A stretch of DNA of 64,000 nt from Lingula anatina (taxonomy: Eukaryota > Animalia > Brachiopoda): positions 59,002,788-59,066,787 of the forward strand of contig CM120640.1 in the NCBI GenBank assembly GCA_051362555.1, given 5' to 3'. The notes under the pieces were generated by a model that did not search any database, was not told the DNA's origin, and saw nothing but the letters and a program-made list of their open reading frames with translations. The translations under genes were made by a program, and so were the position numbers. Of this stretch, positions 11,059 through 24,563 are shown piece by piece; positions within the stretch are counted from its first letter, which is position 1; the number at the start of each line of letters is the position of its first letter.

Positions 11059-14000
11059 GATATTTTGAGAATTCTTGTTTATTGCATTTTATGGAGCTTG
11101 TCAAGCACAAGACTGGTAGTGGTGTCCCTTTTTTTTCGGTTTTCCATACGAATGAGCTTACTCCAGCTGGTGGTACAATATCCAGAGGCGGTATCGCCTC
11201 TCTGATCCTCTAGTTTTTAACTTGGACATAATGATGTTATTATGTCCAAGTTTTTAATGATTGAAGTCAGTTCTTATAAACAGGCAGAGGTGGTTGGTTA
11301 GAAAACTATGAAATGCAAGAAGGTGACCAACACAGGCTTTTCTACATGACACAGATAAATGGGCAATTCATAATTATTTTAAAGGTGGTTTATAGTATTC
11401 TTTTGAGCATTAAATTTGTACTACGGCACAATTGTTTGGTGAATTTCATGTTTTAACTTTTTGCCCCTCAGTTATGCTCATTTTTAAACACAACATTTTA
11501 ATAAAAGTGTCAAACAAGGGTACAGCGCAAGTGACATCAAGTGCCCCATAATAATGAATTTACATTGTGCCTGAGATGCTATTTTCAATCTACAAATGGC
11601 TTCCTATGTTGCTTCATATATTCTTGAGGTATGATAAATTTCATGCCAATACTGCAACTGGGTAGAACTAGAAAAAGTGTCATTGTTTTAATCTATCAGA
11701 TCTATCAAAATTTTTTTTTAATTTACATCTGCATGCCCCCTGCTTATGAGTGTACAGAACACCCCTAGTAAAGTATAGTAAAGTATAGTTCATTGACAAC
11801 AAATATATTTAATCTTAGATAAAATGGTAGCTTAAATGTTGTGTGAATGTTTGCTGAAGATATCAGATGGGTATGTATTATAGAGCAGACATTCATGAAT
11901 TCCTGATTCACTTTATTGATAATTAGTACCACCAGCGTGTACGCTGGCGGTACTCATGGTTTTAGTCCCGACCCCCCTCGTCCGGCTCCGTTGGCTCCGC
12001 CGGCTCCGCGTACTGGCGCCGGATACAAGTCACCGTTACCGCTTCTCCTCCTAGACCACAAGGACCCCAGTCTCCATCTCTTGGATTTAGGTCACATATA
12101 ACCTCAACTTGAACACCCAGGTTTTTTTGTCTCAGTCGGTGCATTGACCTGGGCGTGACGCTCGTTGAAATGCACCCTTGTCTAAATTTTTGAAAATTCA
12201 ATACCAATTATCTACCCTACGGAAGGAATTATGGGAAAAATTTCTACAGACGGCTTTCCAAAAGTCATATGTGTAGATTACAAATATGCCCTTGGATTTG
12301 ACCTTTGACCTTTATTCCAAGGCCAAAGGGGCCAAAATTTAAAAAAAAAAAACAAATTTTTTACGAAAAAAAAATTATTTGCACTGTAATTCAGACACTA
12401 CACAGACTTAACCAATAATATTATGGGAAAGTGTTACCCTTTGGGTCATCTTTCAACTCCGTAAATTTGGGGTCAATCAGTGCATTTTCACGGGAGTAGC
12501 GGCCATAAGATACCGAAACTGAAAACTGTCTCTAATTCGGAAACCGTTAATGCTAGAGACCCATTCTTTTTTGCATTTTGTAGAGCATGTAAAGCCCAAC
12601 ATTGAATGTGGTCTCCGTTTTTTTGTATTTCATACGGTTTTCGTGCTATGCTGTATTAAAAAGTACATTGTGGTGGCACATTATTGTAACTCAGAATTGT
12701 AACATATAGTCCCTTATATCTCCAAAACTGGCAGAGATAGGTCAATAGTTATAGTTCAAGTTGAATAGGAAGTCATTTACTGGTAATCTAAATGTGACCT
12801 TGAAATTGACCTTTGACCTACTTTTCACCATGAACTGAACTTTGCAAATTTGTGTTCCCTTTTATCTCCAAAACTGGCAGAGATAGGTCCATAGTTACTA
12901 TTGAACTTGAATAGGAAGTCATATACTGGCAATCTAAGTGTGTCTTTGAAATTGACCTTTTACCTACTTTTCATCCTGATTTGACTTGAATAGGAAGTCA
13001 TATACTGGCAATAAACTGTGACTTTAAAATTGACCTTTGACCTACTTTTTATGATGAACTGAATTTTGATTGTACCATTTTTGGTTATATATTTTTTGCA
13101 TATTTTGAGAATTCTTGTTGATTGCATTTTTTAGAGCTTGTCAAGCATAAGACTGGTGGTGGTGTCTCTTTTTTTTTTGGGGGGGGGGGGGCGGGGTCCA
13201 TATGAATGCGCTTGCTCCAGCTGGTGGTACTATATCAGGAGGCGGTATCGCCTCTCTGATCCTCTAGTTTGGTATGGAAGCAAGTAGTTTCTAAAATCTA
13301 TTGACTAAATTAATTTTTAAACATTTGACACATTTGTTTTTTAGGTGAAATCACACTAGTCACACTAGCTCCTTTGACCAATATTGCAGTTGCTTTGAGA
13401 TTAGAACACAACTTCACAAAAAAGCTGAAAGAACTCTTCATAATGGGTGGAAACATTGAAGGTAAATGCCACTAAATTTCATTGATTAGCAGACTTATAC
13501 TTCACCATATATTAAAAGGCCAGTCCATGGGATTTTCTTACCAAAATGAATTGTTAGAGGTTTTTCCCAGGCATTTGAAAGTCCCTGGCAGCCATATGCA
13601 CATCCTGTAAAGCTTCTTGTATTTCCCAAAGAGAATAAAAATGGAATAAAGCATTGAACCCAAGTGCAAGGAGGGGGCAGGCAATTATTCCTGAGTATGA
13701 GAAAATTTCTCTATAAACCAGGAAAATTTATTTTGCTTAAAAAATCCATTGTTTGGTGAATATGAGTTTACATAGACATACTAAGTCAGAAACATCACAA
13801 ATTCAAAACCGTTGGAAAAAAATGTTTATGGTTCCCATTGTAATTTTGAAGGTCCTGAAGAACAATAATCACACCTTCATGTTTTATACCTCACTGGGGT
13901 ACAGTAAAAAAGGGTTTTCTTTATTATCGCAGCCAAGGAACAGGCTACAGAAGGTTATGTTTTTGGTTCTGTTTGTCTGTAATCAAAATAATTGAAAAGT

Positions 14001-15086
14001 TAAGGACAGATTTTGATGAAATTTTCAGGACGGATCAAAAGTGGGCTAGATTTTTGTTGATAATTAATTAATTAATTAGTTCATTGATTAAGAATGAGAA
14101 TTGAACTAATTAATTAATTTATTAATAATTAAAGATAATTGAAAATAGCTAATTAATTTGTTGATTAATAAATAATTATTAATTCTTTAATTAGTCAATC
14201 AGAATTGAGCTTTCTTGGCTGAGTTCTCTCAATCTTGGCTTTTTTAGTGTTTATAAATTTTTTTTTTTTTATCTACTTTTAAAGAAATGTAGCTATTTGT
14301 TTCAGGTGTGGGGAATGTGACTACTAGTGCAGAGTTCAACTTCTGTACTGATCCAGAGGCAGCCAACGTGGTGCTGAATGAAGTTAGCTGTCCAACCTAC
14401 TTGGTGGGTTGGGAAGTCTGCTTGAGACATGCTCAAAACTGGGTGAGGATTATTAAGTTTAAATCAATTGTGCAAAAATGTGGATGTATAGAGCTGTTTA
14501 GAAAGTATATACTGCACTATATGAATATAGTTTCTACTGCAATGATTTTGGATTTTATGCTTTTCAAGCTTTGTTTGGCCTCTTTAATTTGCATGCCAAA
14601 TTTATTTGGTCTTGAAATCTTCGGGCAGTAAGTCTCAAAAAGTTGTTAATATTGAGTGTTTATCTTTAAGAAAAAAAAAGGGAGTGATGCACTAGGAGTT
14701 TTCATTTAAAGGCTAATTCATCATCATTGAAATGAGAATGAAATATGTTTTGCTTCAAGGACTGGTATGAAAAGGTCATAGAACGAGAGACAAAGAAGGC
14801 CAAATTTGTGGAATCCATCATGAGAAGTACCAGGGAGCGTAATAAGAATGTGATAAAAAGACCATTCCACTCCTGTGACAGTCTTGCCATGGCAGTGGCC
14901 TTAAGACCAGACAAAATCGAAGAGTCAGCTCTCCACTACTGTACTGTTGAATGCCGTGGAGAACTGACCAGGGGGCAGATGGTCATTGATCACAGAGGAT
15001 TATTAAAAAAAGATAAAAAGATAAAAGTTGTGACAAAATTTGATGTCAGAATTTTCCGCGAGCTATATGAAGCTCTTTTCAATTGA
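7862..15086 (+). CDS. Inosine-uridine-preferring nucleoside hydrolase family protein, 5 coding exons
   Basis: Exons 7862-8044, 8394-8574, 13345-13461, 14306-14442 and 14760-15086 join in frame with GT-AG ends. Motifs: DVDTGVDD (Ca-binding DxDxxxDD), [41 protein letters not shown]. Confidence 0.93.
9414..11213 (+). mobile_element. HINE family 1 copy A (complete), in nucleoside hydrolase intron
   Basis: 5' palindrome AGTACCACCAGCGT-GT-ACGCTGGCGGTACT, then (ggctccgcc)n, the core and ~5 tandem units. Subterminal inverted repeat gctggtggtac at ~11166, 3' hairpin AGAGGCGGTATCGCCTCT, terminal CTAG followed by a T run. Confidence 0.85.
11922..13267 (+). mobile_element. HINE family 1 copy B (complete, mosaic of two subfamilies)
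   Basis: Same 5' palindrome, subterminal inverted repeat, 3' hairpin and CTAG end as copy A. About 3 tandem units. Confidence 0.85.
13921..14240 (+). mobile_element. Degenerate relative of the family 3 DINE/HINE-like element
   Basis: gccaagga...ggttatgttttt...ctgtttgtctgt...gattttgatgaaattttcagga resembles the reverse complement of 6825-6935. The middle is replaced by ttaattaa low-complexity sequence. Confidence 0.45.
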
Positions 15087-16379
15087 CTACTGTAGTTAGG
15101 TACATTTTGCTTCTACGTAAGAACGTTTTTGAAGTCTGCCCATCTCCTTTAGTCTATTGAGATTTCACTAGGTATGAAATGTGTATGACCATTTTCATTA
15201 ATCATTTCGAAATTCCACCAGTTTACTTAACTGTAGATAAATACTCAACCACAATTATGTTAAACTGATTTTTCAAGGATGATTAACTAACAGGGCAATT
15301 CTAAAAATTCTGCCATTTGAATTATTTCTACATCTGAAAACCATTTCATTTTAAAATTCACCAAATGCTTGATTACAAAATAAACTCAAATACATGAGGG
15401 TTATGGATGTAAAAATTAATATGTATTTTAAGAAAGCATGTTGAACCAAGTGATTCAGGTTCACAAATCTTTGATTCTGTACTGCCATATTCCATAGCAG
15501 TTTGGTTTGTTTGTGCTAAGTATAGCAAAAAAAGAACCAAATTTGCCCTATGATTGTTACAAGGGCACCTGATTGTACTGACAGACCGCAATTATGTCTT
15601 TTCATCTGGTTTAAGTATACCCTGTAAAGTCACTTGGGAATTAAGACATTTCCATTTAATACATCTAGTTACAACAAAATTTTAATTACAAGTTTGATCA
15701 GTGATCCTCATAATGTTAAGCCTACCTATCTCGCTATATCTTATCATTGGCACTGAAATATAAACCAGTCACCAATGCATTTCAAATAGTATTTCAAAGT
15801 ATGACAAGACAGTGTGGTTATAAACTGTGTACTCCTAGTATTTGAGTTTTCTATTCTGTTGGACTTGAGATGGGAGTAATTGAATTTTTTTTCGAATATG
15901 ACACAGTGCAGTATTTCTGCATTAGGGGTTACAAAATTGGAGTCCTCAGACGTGTGTTCCAGTTTGCAGCTCTTCTATTTATACTTATGTAAGTTAATTG
16001 TGTAGCATGATGTCTAAAAGCATATTAACATACCAAAAAATTAATGATAATTATCTACTGTGGTTAGTATGTCAGCGATTATTCTATTCACATAATTTTG
16101 AGTAAATCCCATTGTTAAGCCTTTGATAATAGATACATGTCTATCAATGAAAACTGGGGTAGATTACTGCTACAGAGAAATTAATGTTATTTCAGTTGAA
16201 ACTTGGATACAACACCAAGGATATACATTATATCAAAAGCTTATTTATATCACAAACTTATTGTCTCAAAAACTTTATGAATATATTTTAGTCACGTTTC
16301 ATGCCTTTTAATTCATTGAAAATACGGTATATTCAAACTTATTTTTTCAGAATTTGTAAAGTCGTCTTCCTCCCAATCG

Positions 16380-16381
<2 letters not shown>

Positions 16382-16443
<62 letters not shown>
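16382..16443. repeat. (TA)n microsatellite followed by (GCTA)n
   Basis: Directly visible. Confidence 0.95.
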
Positions 16444-16445
<2 letters not shown>

Positions 16446-17119
16446 CTAGCTAGCTAGCTGTTGTAAGCCTGTGTGCAGTATTTGAATGTTGAAAAGTTGT
16501 ACATTATAATTTAAGTAATATATAATAAATGCATTGATCACAAAACTGTCTTTAATTTAGATACTGAGTACTTGTAATTTTGGGACAAGCCTGACAAAAT
16601 CAGTCTTCATCATTTGGAAACCTATATACATGTGAAATTTATGTAAAGCAGAGACTGAAAACCAATGCTGTGGTGAGGGAAAGAGCATTAGGTGGTAGTT
16701 TTCTGTGGCAGGCAGTCTTGGAACATCATAAATTACTTTCAGAGGTCACTGAAAACGCTCTCTACTGTCAGCATGCCTCTGCCTCCAGTATCGACAAAGC
16801 ATGTTGATAGCTGAGAGGTGAGCATCAAATCTTCTATGCAACTTGGGGTATTTTGCTGATTCTTTAAGTAAAAGGTCTGGTAGTAGACTGGTACACAACC
16901 TCAGAATTATGGTCATAAAAATTGACCTGAAATGTATGTTAAAATACATTTTCTGACATATGACACAAATCATTTGTTTCACACAAACCATATAAGATTC
17001 AAGCTTCTTTGAAATAATACAAATTAATTATGTAATTACACATATTTTATAACTGTTCCATACTGTATAATATATGACATTATTTTTGTATTACTATTGA
17101 TTTTTTAAAGCTATGAAAC

Positions 17120-17400
17120 GGTAAAGTGCGCGAACTACTGGGGCAAGTCAAAATTATGAAAATATAACACAAAATTAGAGTATCCCTGACGTGACTCAAA
17201 TGTTCACTTTTTCTGGAATGACCTAACAACCCTATCAACGACGCGGTTGGGCCAAACAAGAAGTTACAACTTCTTGGGCCAAAGTGGGCTTTTTCTAAGC
17301 TAAAGGGGGAGGGGCGCATTACTGTAAGAATCACGTGAGTTGTTACTATTTTGAGACTACTGGTTACATTTGGAACTTTTGTTGGCATGGACTGTGCGTA
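17120..17400 (+). promoter_or_regulatory. Probable P2X promoter with E-box/CLEAR-like and CRE-like motifs
   Basis: CpG-enriched stretch 200-450 bp upstream of the ATG. TGACGTGAC at 17187-17195, GC-box GGGGAGGGGCG at ~17306, TCACGTGA at 17331-17338. Confidence 0.45.
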
Positions 17401-17581
17401 GTAAAAATGATTTGGTTTTTAAAGCATCAACAAGATGAAAGGCCAAATTACTTTTGGTGTGTTATTATGTAAATTGTTTTAGTATCCTCAGTTAATGACA
17501 GAGAAAGCAAGACATGTCATTCCAGGCTGTCGGATATTAATCTCAATTATAGTTGTGATCGACATCAACAAGCAAGGAAGG

Positions 17582-20500
17582 ATGTCATGTGCGACGTGTT
17601 GCGGGTATTTGAAAGGGGCGTTAGTCTCGTTCTTTGAATATGACACGCCCAAAATAGTCCACATAAAGAGCAAGAAAGTCGGGTTATTAAATCGAACCGT
17701 GCAATTAGCTGTTATTTTATATATTGTGATGTAAGTATTGGTGCCCGTGCACATAGTCTGACACACATGTACTGTACTGTACTTGTATGCGTCATACCGG
17801 GTACAGTACTTGGTAATATATACTCAGTGCATGTATGTACCGCTGCCGATGCTTTAGGTACTGTTACTCTGGTACATCAGTATATGGTGTTTATCAGAAT
17901 AAAAGAAAGCGCTCATGCATGGTTAGAGTTGTATATGCTGTTTAAGTTGGGTTGCTTTAAATCATGACGCCATGGAACACTTGTTATTAAATCACTTTCA
18001 CTTAATGTATTTTAGTAACTGATCAAAAGACGAAATTTTTGGGAAAATTTCAGAAATATTTTCTTATATATTGCCATTCACTCTTGCAAGTAAACCATGG
18101 TCCAATAAAAAAACGATGGGCAGTGGTTGAATAAACCCACTTACTTCATGGTCACTCTGATCAGGGCAAAGATTGCACAATGTCCCTAAATTGTGCATTA
18201 CAGCACAATACACTTGAAAAATTAATCCAGTCACAAGTAAATTAACATGGGAAATGGTCAAACAAAATAGGGTGATATAAAAGTGAAATATATTACTAGG
18301 TAATTAATTTTGTTGATAAAACTAAACAAATCAGCACAATTTGTTTATATCGTCAGGTTGGCTGGCTTGTTGGGGAGTGGGTCTTCGAATCTTGGCCTGT
18401 AGTAAACAATGCCAAGAGGAGCAGCTCGCCAACATGACTGCCGTCTCAACAATATACAAGTCTCGCCAATTTCTTTAAGTTATATCAAAAAAATTAATAA
18501 CTCACATATATTTTCCTTTTTATCATCCTATTTTGTTAGAAATGACCATTTCCTTTGTTTAATTGCAACTGGACACTTTTTTCAAGTGTATTGCGCTGCT
18601 TTGCCATGCATTGCACAATTTAGGAACACTGAAGATTGCCTTGATCTTGTCATTCATACTTCCTATTGATTTCATTAAAAAGTTAACATATGAACAATAT
18701 GGCAGGAGTATATAGGTTGCCCAAATTGCTATGCTGTTCAAAATCATCATTTCCCTATTAAAAGAAATATTTCCATTTAAAAAAATGCATTAATATTTCG
18801 ATCAGCAAATTCAATATCACAGGCAAATGCACACAGCAAGGAAGAAAAGCAGATTACTAGTACAGTTGTTTATTTTCACATGTTAAATAACCTGCAAAAT
18901 ATAGTGAATTGTCCATTTACCAGTACACTTAAAACAATATTTGTCTTTGTTCATTTTGTTGAATATTTTATCATTGCAATGAATACAACAATCTCCCCCT
19001 TAGACAGTTTCTTTTTCAATCCCATTTACACCAGCTGGCATCTAAGGTACCGATAAAGATTTACCACTCCTCTCTGTCATGAACTGCGTGTTGAATGGTT
19101 CCCTCAGTTGTTTCAGTTCTGCACCCACGGCATGTTGTCATGTGTACCTTCCATACACCAGATACGTACAGACTGTATTTTACATGGCCGCATCACAGCT
19201 GGTATCAGTGGATTAAAAAGGGGACTTATCCATATATGTTTTTATTGTTTCAGATGGGTTATTGTTATAAAAAAAGGTTACCAAGATACTGACATACCAA
19301 TCAGTGCAGCTACAACAAAACTTAAAGGTGTAGACTTCACAAATATCACTAAGGTACCCTCAATAGGTGCCAGAATATGGGATGTGGCGGACTATGTCAT
19401 TCCACCCCAGGTACAGTTATAATTTTAATTTTTGAAGGCTGGGCAGCTAAAATGATTTCAAAGAATCAGGTCTCTTGTTAAATGTGTTATCAGTGCCATT
19501 GTTATTGACAGTTATTGTTATTATTGTTAATTCAGTTCTAACTGGTATGAAAAAATCTTGATAAAGGAAAAACCAGTAAAACAATATCATTGTTTGGTTT
19601 CAAAATAAAGCTTTACCAAATCTGTGTACTAGTATTTTGGTGATTTTTTCAGGAAAAAGATGCTTTTTTTGTGATGACCAACATGATTATCACTCCTAAC
19701 CAAACACAAGGGGTCTGTGGAGAGGTAAGATTTTCAATTGTTCTCAGTCAAATTGAAACACCTTCTACTTAAAGATAATTTATGGTGAAAATTACAAATT
19801 TTAAGTGAATAAGATCTAGAAACAACAATCAAATGGGCATTTAAAGGGATTGTTAAAAACTTTGACTACAGTCAGTAATACTAGTATACAATTGTAGCAG
19901 CTGGGCAGCTCCTATGGCAGTCATTGGTCTTGGAACCACAGTTCTTATTTTAGGGTCCTGACTCCAATAAAATGCAAATCTGGTAAACCTTTTACCATTC
20001 TGCTCAAAGAGCAGATACCAAAGATGCAGGTCTAGAATTGTTTTAAATTGCAAAGAAACTCCAGGATATAAGGATACTAACCAGGGATGACTTAGTTCCA
20101 TTTAACTTAAAGATCTGAAAAAAAAAGACTGGTTGCAGCTCTAGGATGTTCCTGCTGTTACAGCAGTAGAACACAGTGTACCATCATTAAAAGGGATTGT
20201 CATCATCTCAGATTTAGTTGGATACTCATGTAAAATGAAAATGCAAGGAGTGAATGTTACTGTTTACTTAACTTCAGCAAAAATGTGATCTTTAAAACTT
20301 TGTCAATAATTTGTTTTTATATGGTTCAATATCAATAGGAAAGTGCTCACCAAATGCTAGAAAATTGTGAAAAACACCCAGAAAATTTGTCAATTTTGTT
20401 TCTTCCTTCACTTCTTGCAATTCCAATTCACACATTTGCATGCCCAATGATAATTGTATGTAGATTATTCAGCACAGCTGTTGTATGTCTGTAGGACCCT

Positions 20501-23500
20501 GAACTTGCACCATGCACTGATGATTCAGAATGTACAAAAGATATGCCAGTTCCTGTGGGAAGTGGTAAGTTCAGGTTTTAGTGACTTTTCATTGTAGACA
20601 TATCAGCTACTGCATAAATTCATCCAAACTCTAAGTTGCAAATACTGGAGCAAATACTGAAGTAAAAGAATCTTGGTTAAATCATTCACTGTATTGGGTT
20701 TGAATACTTTAATTCATATTAGATCCCACCAATCAGTTATAACCAAAGCTTCTTCTTTAAGATAATTTAAATTAGCACTTCTAGCAGTGATTGCAAAACT
20801 TAGCGCATAAAATTTTTTAATCATATGATACTTTATTTATTTGAAAAGGTATTATGGATGTAATATTTCTTGTTCCCTAGGTGTTATGACTGGAGTGTGT
20901 AACAAGGCTACAAATTCCTGTGAAATCCATGCTTGGTGTCCTGTAGAGATAGATGAACCACCTCTGTAAGTTCCTTACTGTACAGAAGATGTTCATTGGC
21001 AATGTCTAAGTTTCCTTTGTGAGGATGATTATACGTATACAAATACACATGCATACACTTATTTGTTTGAAAACTTGTAATTTACTGTTATTTTCTTGAA
21101 AAACCTATATGTAATGACTTATAATTATATAGATTGTTGAGAGCTGAAAATTATGAAACATTTGTTTTATTCAGCATCATATCTGTGTTTTTCCAGGAAG
21201 GATTCCCCTGTTTTAACAGACTCCAAAGACTTCACTGTTCTCATCAAGAATTATGTTTATTTTCCAAAATTTAATGTCAGAAGGTACTAAAAAACCTAGA
21301 GTCATAAGCTAGTGTTTTGATCCAAACTGTTGTACAATTCATTGCAAACATTTAAAGTTATTTCATTAAGGATTTTTGATGCAGGATGAGCTTACTAGTG
21401 TTGAAACAATTATTGGTGTAATTAAATGAAGTTATTTTATAAAAATTTGAATTTATTCATGCATTGATATTTGATTACAAGATAACTCTTTTTTTAAAAA
21501 AAGACAGATTAGCAATTTTCAGCAGAGTATAGCATACATCCATCATTTATTTAAAATCGCTATTGTCTTCTTAGACGAAACATTCCAGATTGGATTAAAA
21601 AGGACAAATATCTGTCCAAATGCCGCTGGAGTCGGGATAAAGATCCCTACTGCCCAATCTTTAGACTGGAAGACCTTATTTCTGCAGCTGGAGAAGACTA
21701 TCTTGTCATGGCATACAAGGTGCAGTTATAGTGTTCTGCTTTGGTCAGCCTGCACTACCAATAAATAATCTACCAGTACATATGGTTCAGTACTTTCTAC
21801 TTAGGTCCATCCATCTACATCCATCCATCCATCAGGTCAATACATTGACATGCCTCCTCTTGTTTTCACCATCTTTTCTGTATTCTACTCACACCAGGAG
21901 GAGGTGTGTAAAGCTGATTGGTTTCGGTAAAAGTCCCTGCAAAGTTGGATAGATCTATGTAGAATGATAGTTTCATTGGGAATTAGCCTTAAGTCTTCAT
22001 ATCTATCCTAAATTAGACCTTTCATGTTTTTGTTTTTGATAAAACCCCTCAAAAAAAGTATTTGATGTTAATAGATATTTCCCCCTGAAATATCAGGAGG
22101 ATATAGCTGCCCAAATGAATCGTGATTTGTTTAGAACTAAGGTATTTAATAAGAGATTCTCTTTAAATGCAGGGATGGGTTAAGCAATGGTTTATAAGTA
22201 AAAAAAGCTTTTATATGTCTTTTCATGGTAGGGTGGTGTAATTGATATCAACATCAATTGGGACTGTAACCTAGACTATGCAGAGACTAACTGCAGACCA
22301 ACATACACCATCTCCAGGGTGGATAAAAATGAAACAGTTTCACCTGGTTGGAATTTCAGGTAAATTGAAAAATGAATTTAAAGGTATTTAGCAAGATTTC
22401 TTTGTGAAGTAGGTAAACTTTAAAATGAGTAACTCTGTAGGAAAATTCAAATAGGTAGAATGTATTCCTGTATAGACTACTGACTAATGAGATCATTGTT
22501 TCATATTAGTATGTGTGAAAGAGATATAAAGCAACTTTAAATACATCTCATTTTTGTTGAACTTTTTCATCGCTTGTTCGTTTGTATATTTCCTACTCTG
22601 CACACTGTATGTCATTGTTTGTCCATTAATCTACCGCTGGTTTGTCTTCATGAAAGTATAGATCAGCCTGGATTTAAATTTAATTGTACCCGCAACATAA
22701 TCAAGTTAACAGAATAGGTGTTACCCTGTTTGGTTTCACTGTCAAACATCCCCTTGGTTGTTACATTACAACTGTATATGTAGGATGCAGTTTGTGGGAA
22801 CATTTAGTCATCATGTTGGGACTGCCCTGCTCGATCTTGAGAACTGGGCAACTATATAATAGTGCTGAAAAAAGTTTATAAAATGAACATGCAAAATTAT
22901 TTTTCTTTGTTTTCTCATATAACTTCTATTGTTTCAGGTATGCAGATTTTTATGTTGTAGACGGTGTGAATACAAGAACATTGTACAAGGCCTATGGTAT
23001 ACGATTTATCATCACTATTACTGGAAAAGCTGGCAAGTTCAACATAGTCCCTATGCTTCTCAACATTGGTGCTGGGTTAGGATTGTTAACACTGGTGAGC
23101 TTATGTGTTTTCATCCCAAGCAAAAAGCCATAGTTGATGTTTTAGTTTTAGAGTAATATAAGTTAAAAGTGGGACTATGTCAATTAAGGTATGGAATTTC
23201 ATTTCCATTTGTTTAACTACATGTTTATTGTTTTGGGTTTCAGTCTACAGTGCTAAGTGACATAGTGGTTCTTTATTTCCTGAAGTATCGTAGTTTCTAC
23301 CGTGAGAAAAAATATCAGAATGTAGACGAAATGGATGTCTCATATCAGGTGTGTATGGAGAACATTTCCTATAGACAAATAATAAGTAATTGAAGTCTTT
23401 TTTTAAATATTTTTCTGAACAAGGGTTTCATTGATTACTCAGTACTTCCTTTTTCTTTTCTTTATAATTTGGTAATTTTTTTCAATGGAAGGGCTTATTT

Positions 23501-24563
23501 TGGTGAAGGTTTTACTTGATTTACTATTTGTAAAATGAAAAATCATAGATGAAAGTCTGTCTTTTTTAGAGTTGTTACCTACTCAATAAATTTTAAAGTA
23601 CCAGATTAGCAATCAACGTGTGATCACACAAAAAGGTCATTGATTAAATTTGTTCTTGCTTTTATCACAGGTTCTATCACCGGTAAGATATGGTAGATGG
23701 TCTGATGAATTTCTTTTATAGATGTTTCCACTACTCTAGACACCTCATTCTTTGTTTTGTATCTATTACAATCTTGGCAGCTGTTTTGATTACATGTTGC
23801 TACTTCCACTTGAAGAATAATTAACCTGACCACTTTCAGATACTTTTTTTCTGAAATTTGGTAAAGGCATATTTTAATGAGGATTTTATTTATGGAATAA
23901 TTTTTTTTTTTTTATTTTACATCCTTGTTTTATTTACTAACAAATGTACTGTAGTTTAAGTTCCCTAATTGTGCAGCATGACTCCCAGAATTGTGCATGG
24001 TTGGATAAATATCAGTGGTAATCTAGCTAAATCACAGGAATAAAGAAATAGTTAAATTCATCCATTGAAAAAAATGTGTTAACCTAAAGTATGTGTCTCT
24101 TTATATGTATATGTTTGGCAAAGATATTCCTGGGCATTGAAAGAATCAAGTTGGAAGTAGCAAAATATTTTATTTGTTCATTAATATATAGCAATGCACC
24201 CTCTAGCATGATGCCTTATATCTGTATATAGAAGACTAACAAAGCTCAAATTATATTTTATATACTGCACACCCATGGTGCTATCAGTGTTCAAAAAGTT
24301 TTGATGGTTATAGTAACTTTGTTGTAAAATCAGTGTCTTATTTAAATTAACTAGGTTAACCCACAGTGTGCTTTATCATTTGTTTATTGGTACTAGTCAT
24401 CCTTTTATTATATAAAAATTAGAATAAGCATGATATTTTATGGATTTTACTTTTTCTTTGTGTTCAGGAGCTGGAAGGAAAAGACTTTGGTGAACCAGAT
24501 CCAACCAACAGTGTTAGACATCGACCTTTAGGTTCCAATGCAAATAATGATTCAGATACATAG
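17582..24563 (+). CDS. P2X purinoceptor (ATP-gated cation channel, P2X4-like), 11 coding exons
   Basis: Exons 17582-17730, 19254-19410, 19653-19724, 20495-20564, 20881-20965, 21197-21283, 21575-21719, 22232-22359, 22938-23094, 23244-23348, 24468-24563. Motifs: [30 protein letters not shown], ten ectodomain Cys, [22 protein letters not shown], and C-terminal YREKK (YxxxK). Confidence 0.95.

Noticed and set aside
9387-12207. Pro/Ala-rich ORFs ([12 protein letters not shown]) at 9387 and 11916, and antisense equivalents at 11962 and 60668
   Set aside because: Produced by the 9-bp GC-rich microsatellite at the head of the family 1 element.
14060-14200. Dense ttaattaa palindromic stretch as a structured element
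   Set aside because: Low-complexity AT sequence within a decayed repeat; self-complementarity is expected by chance.
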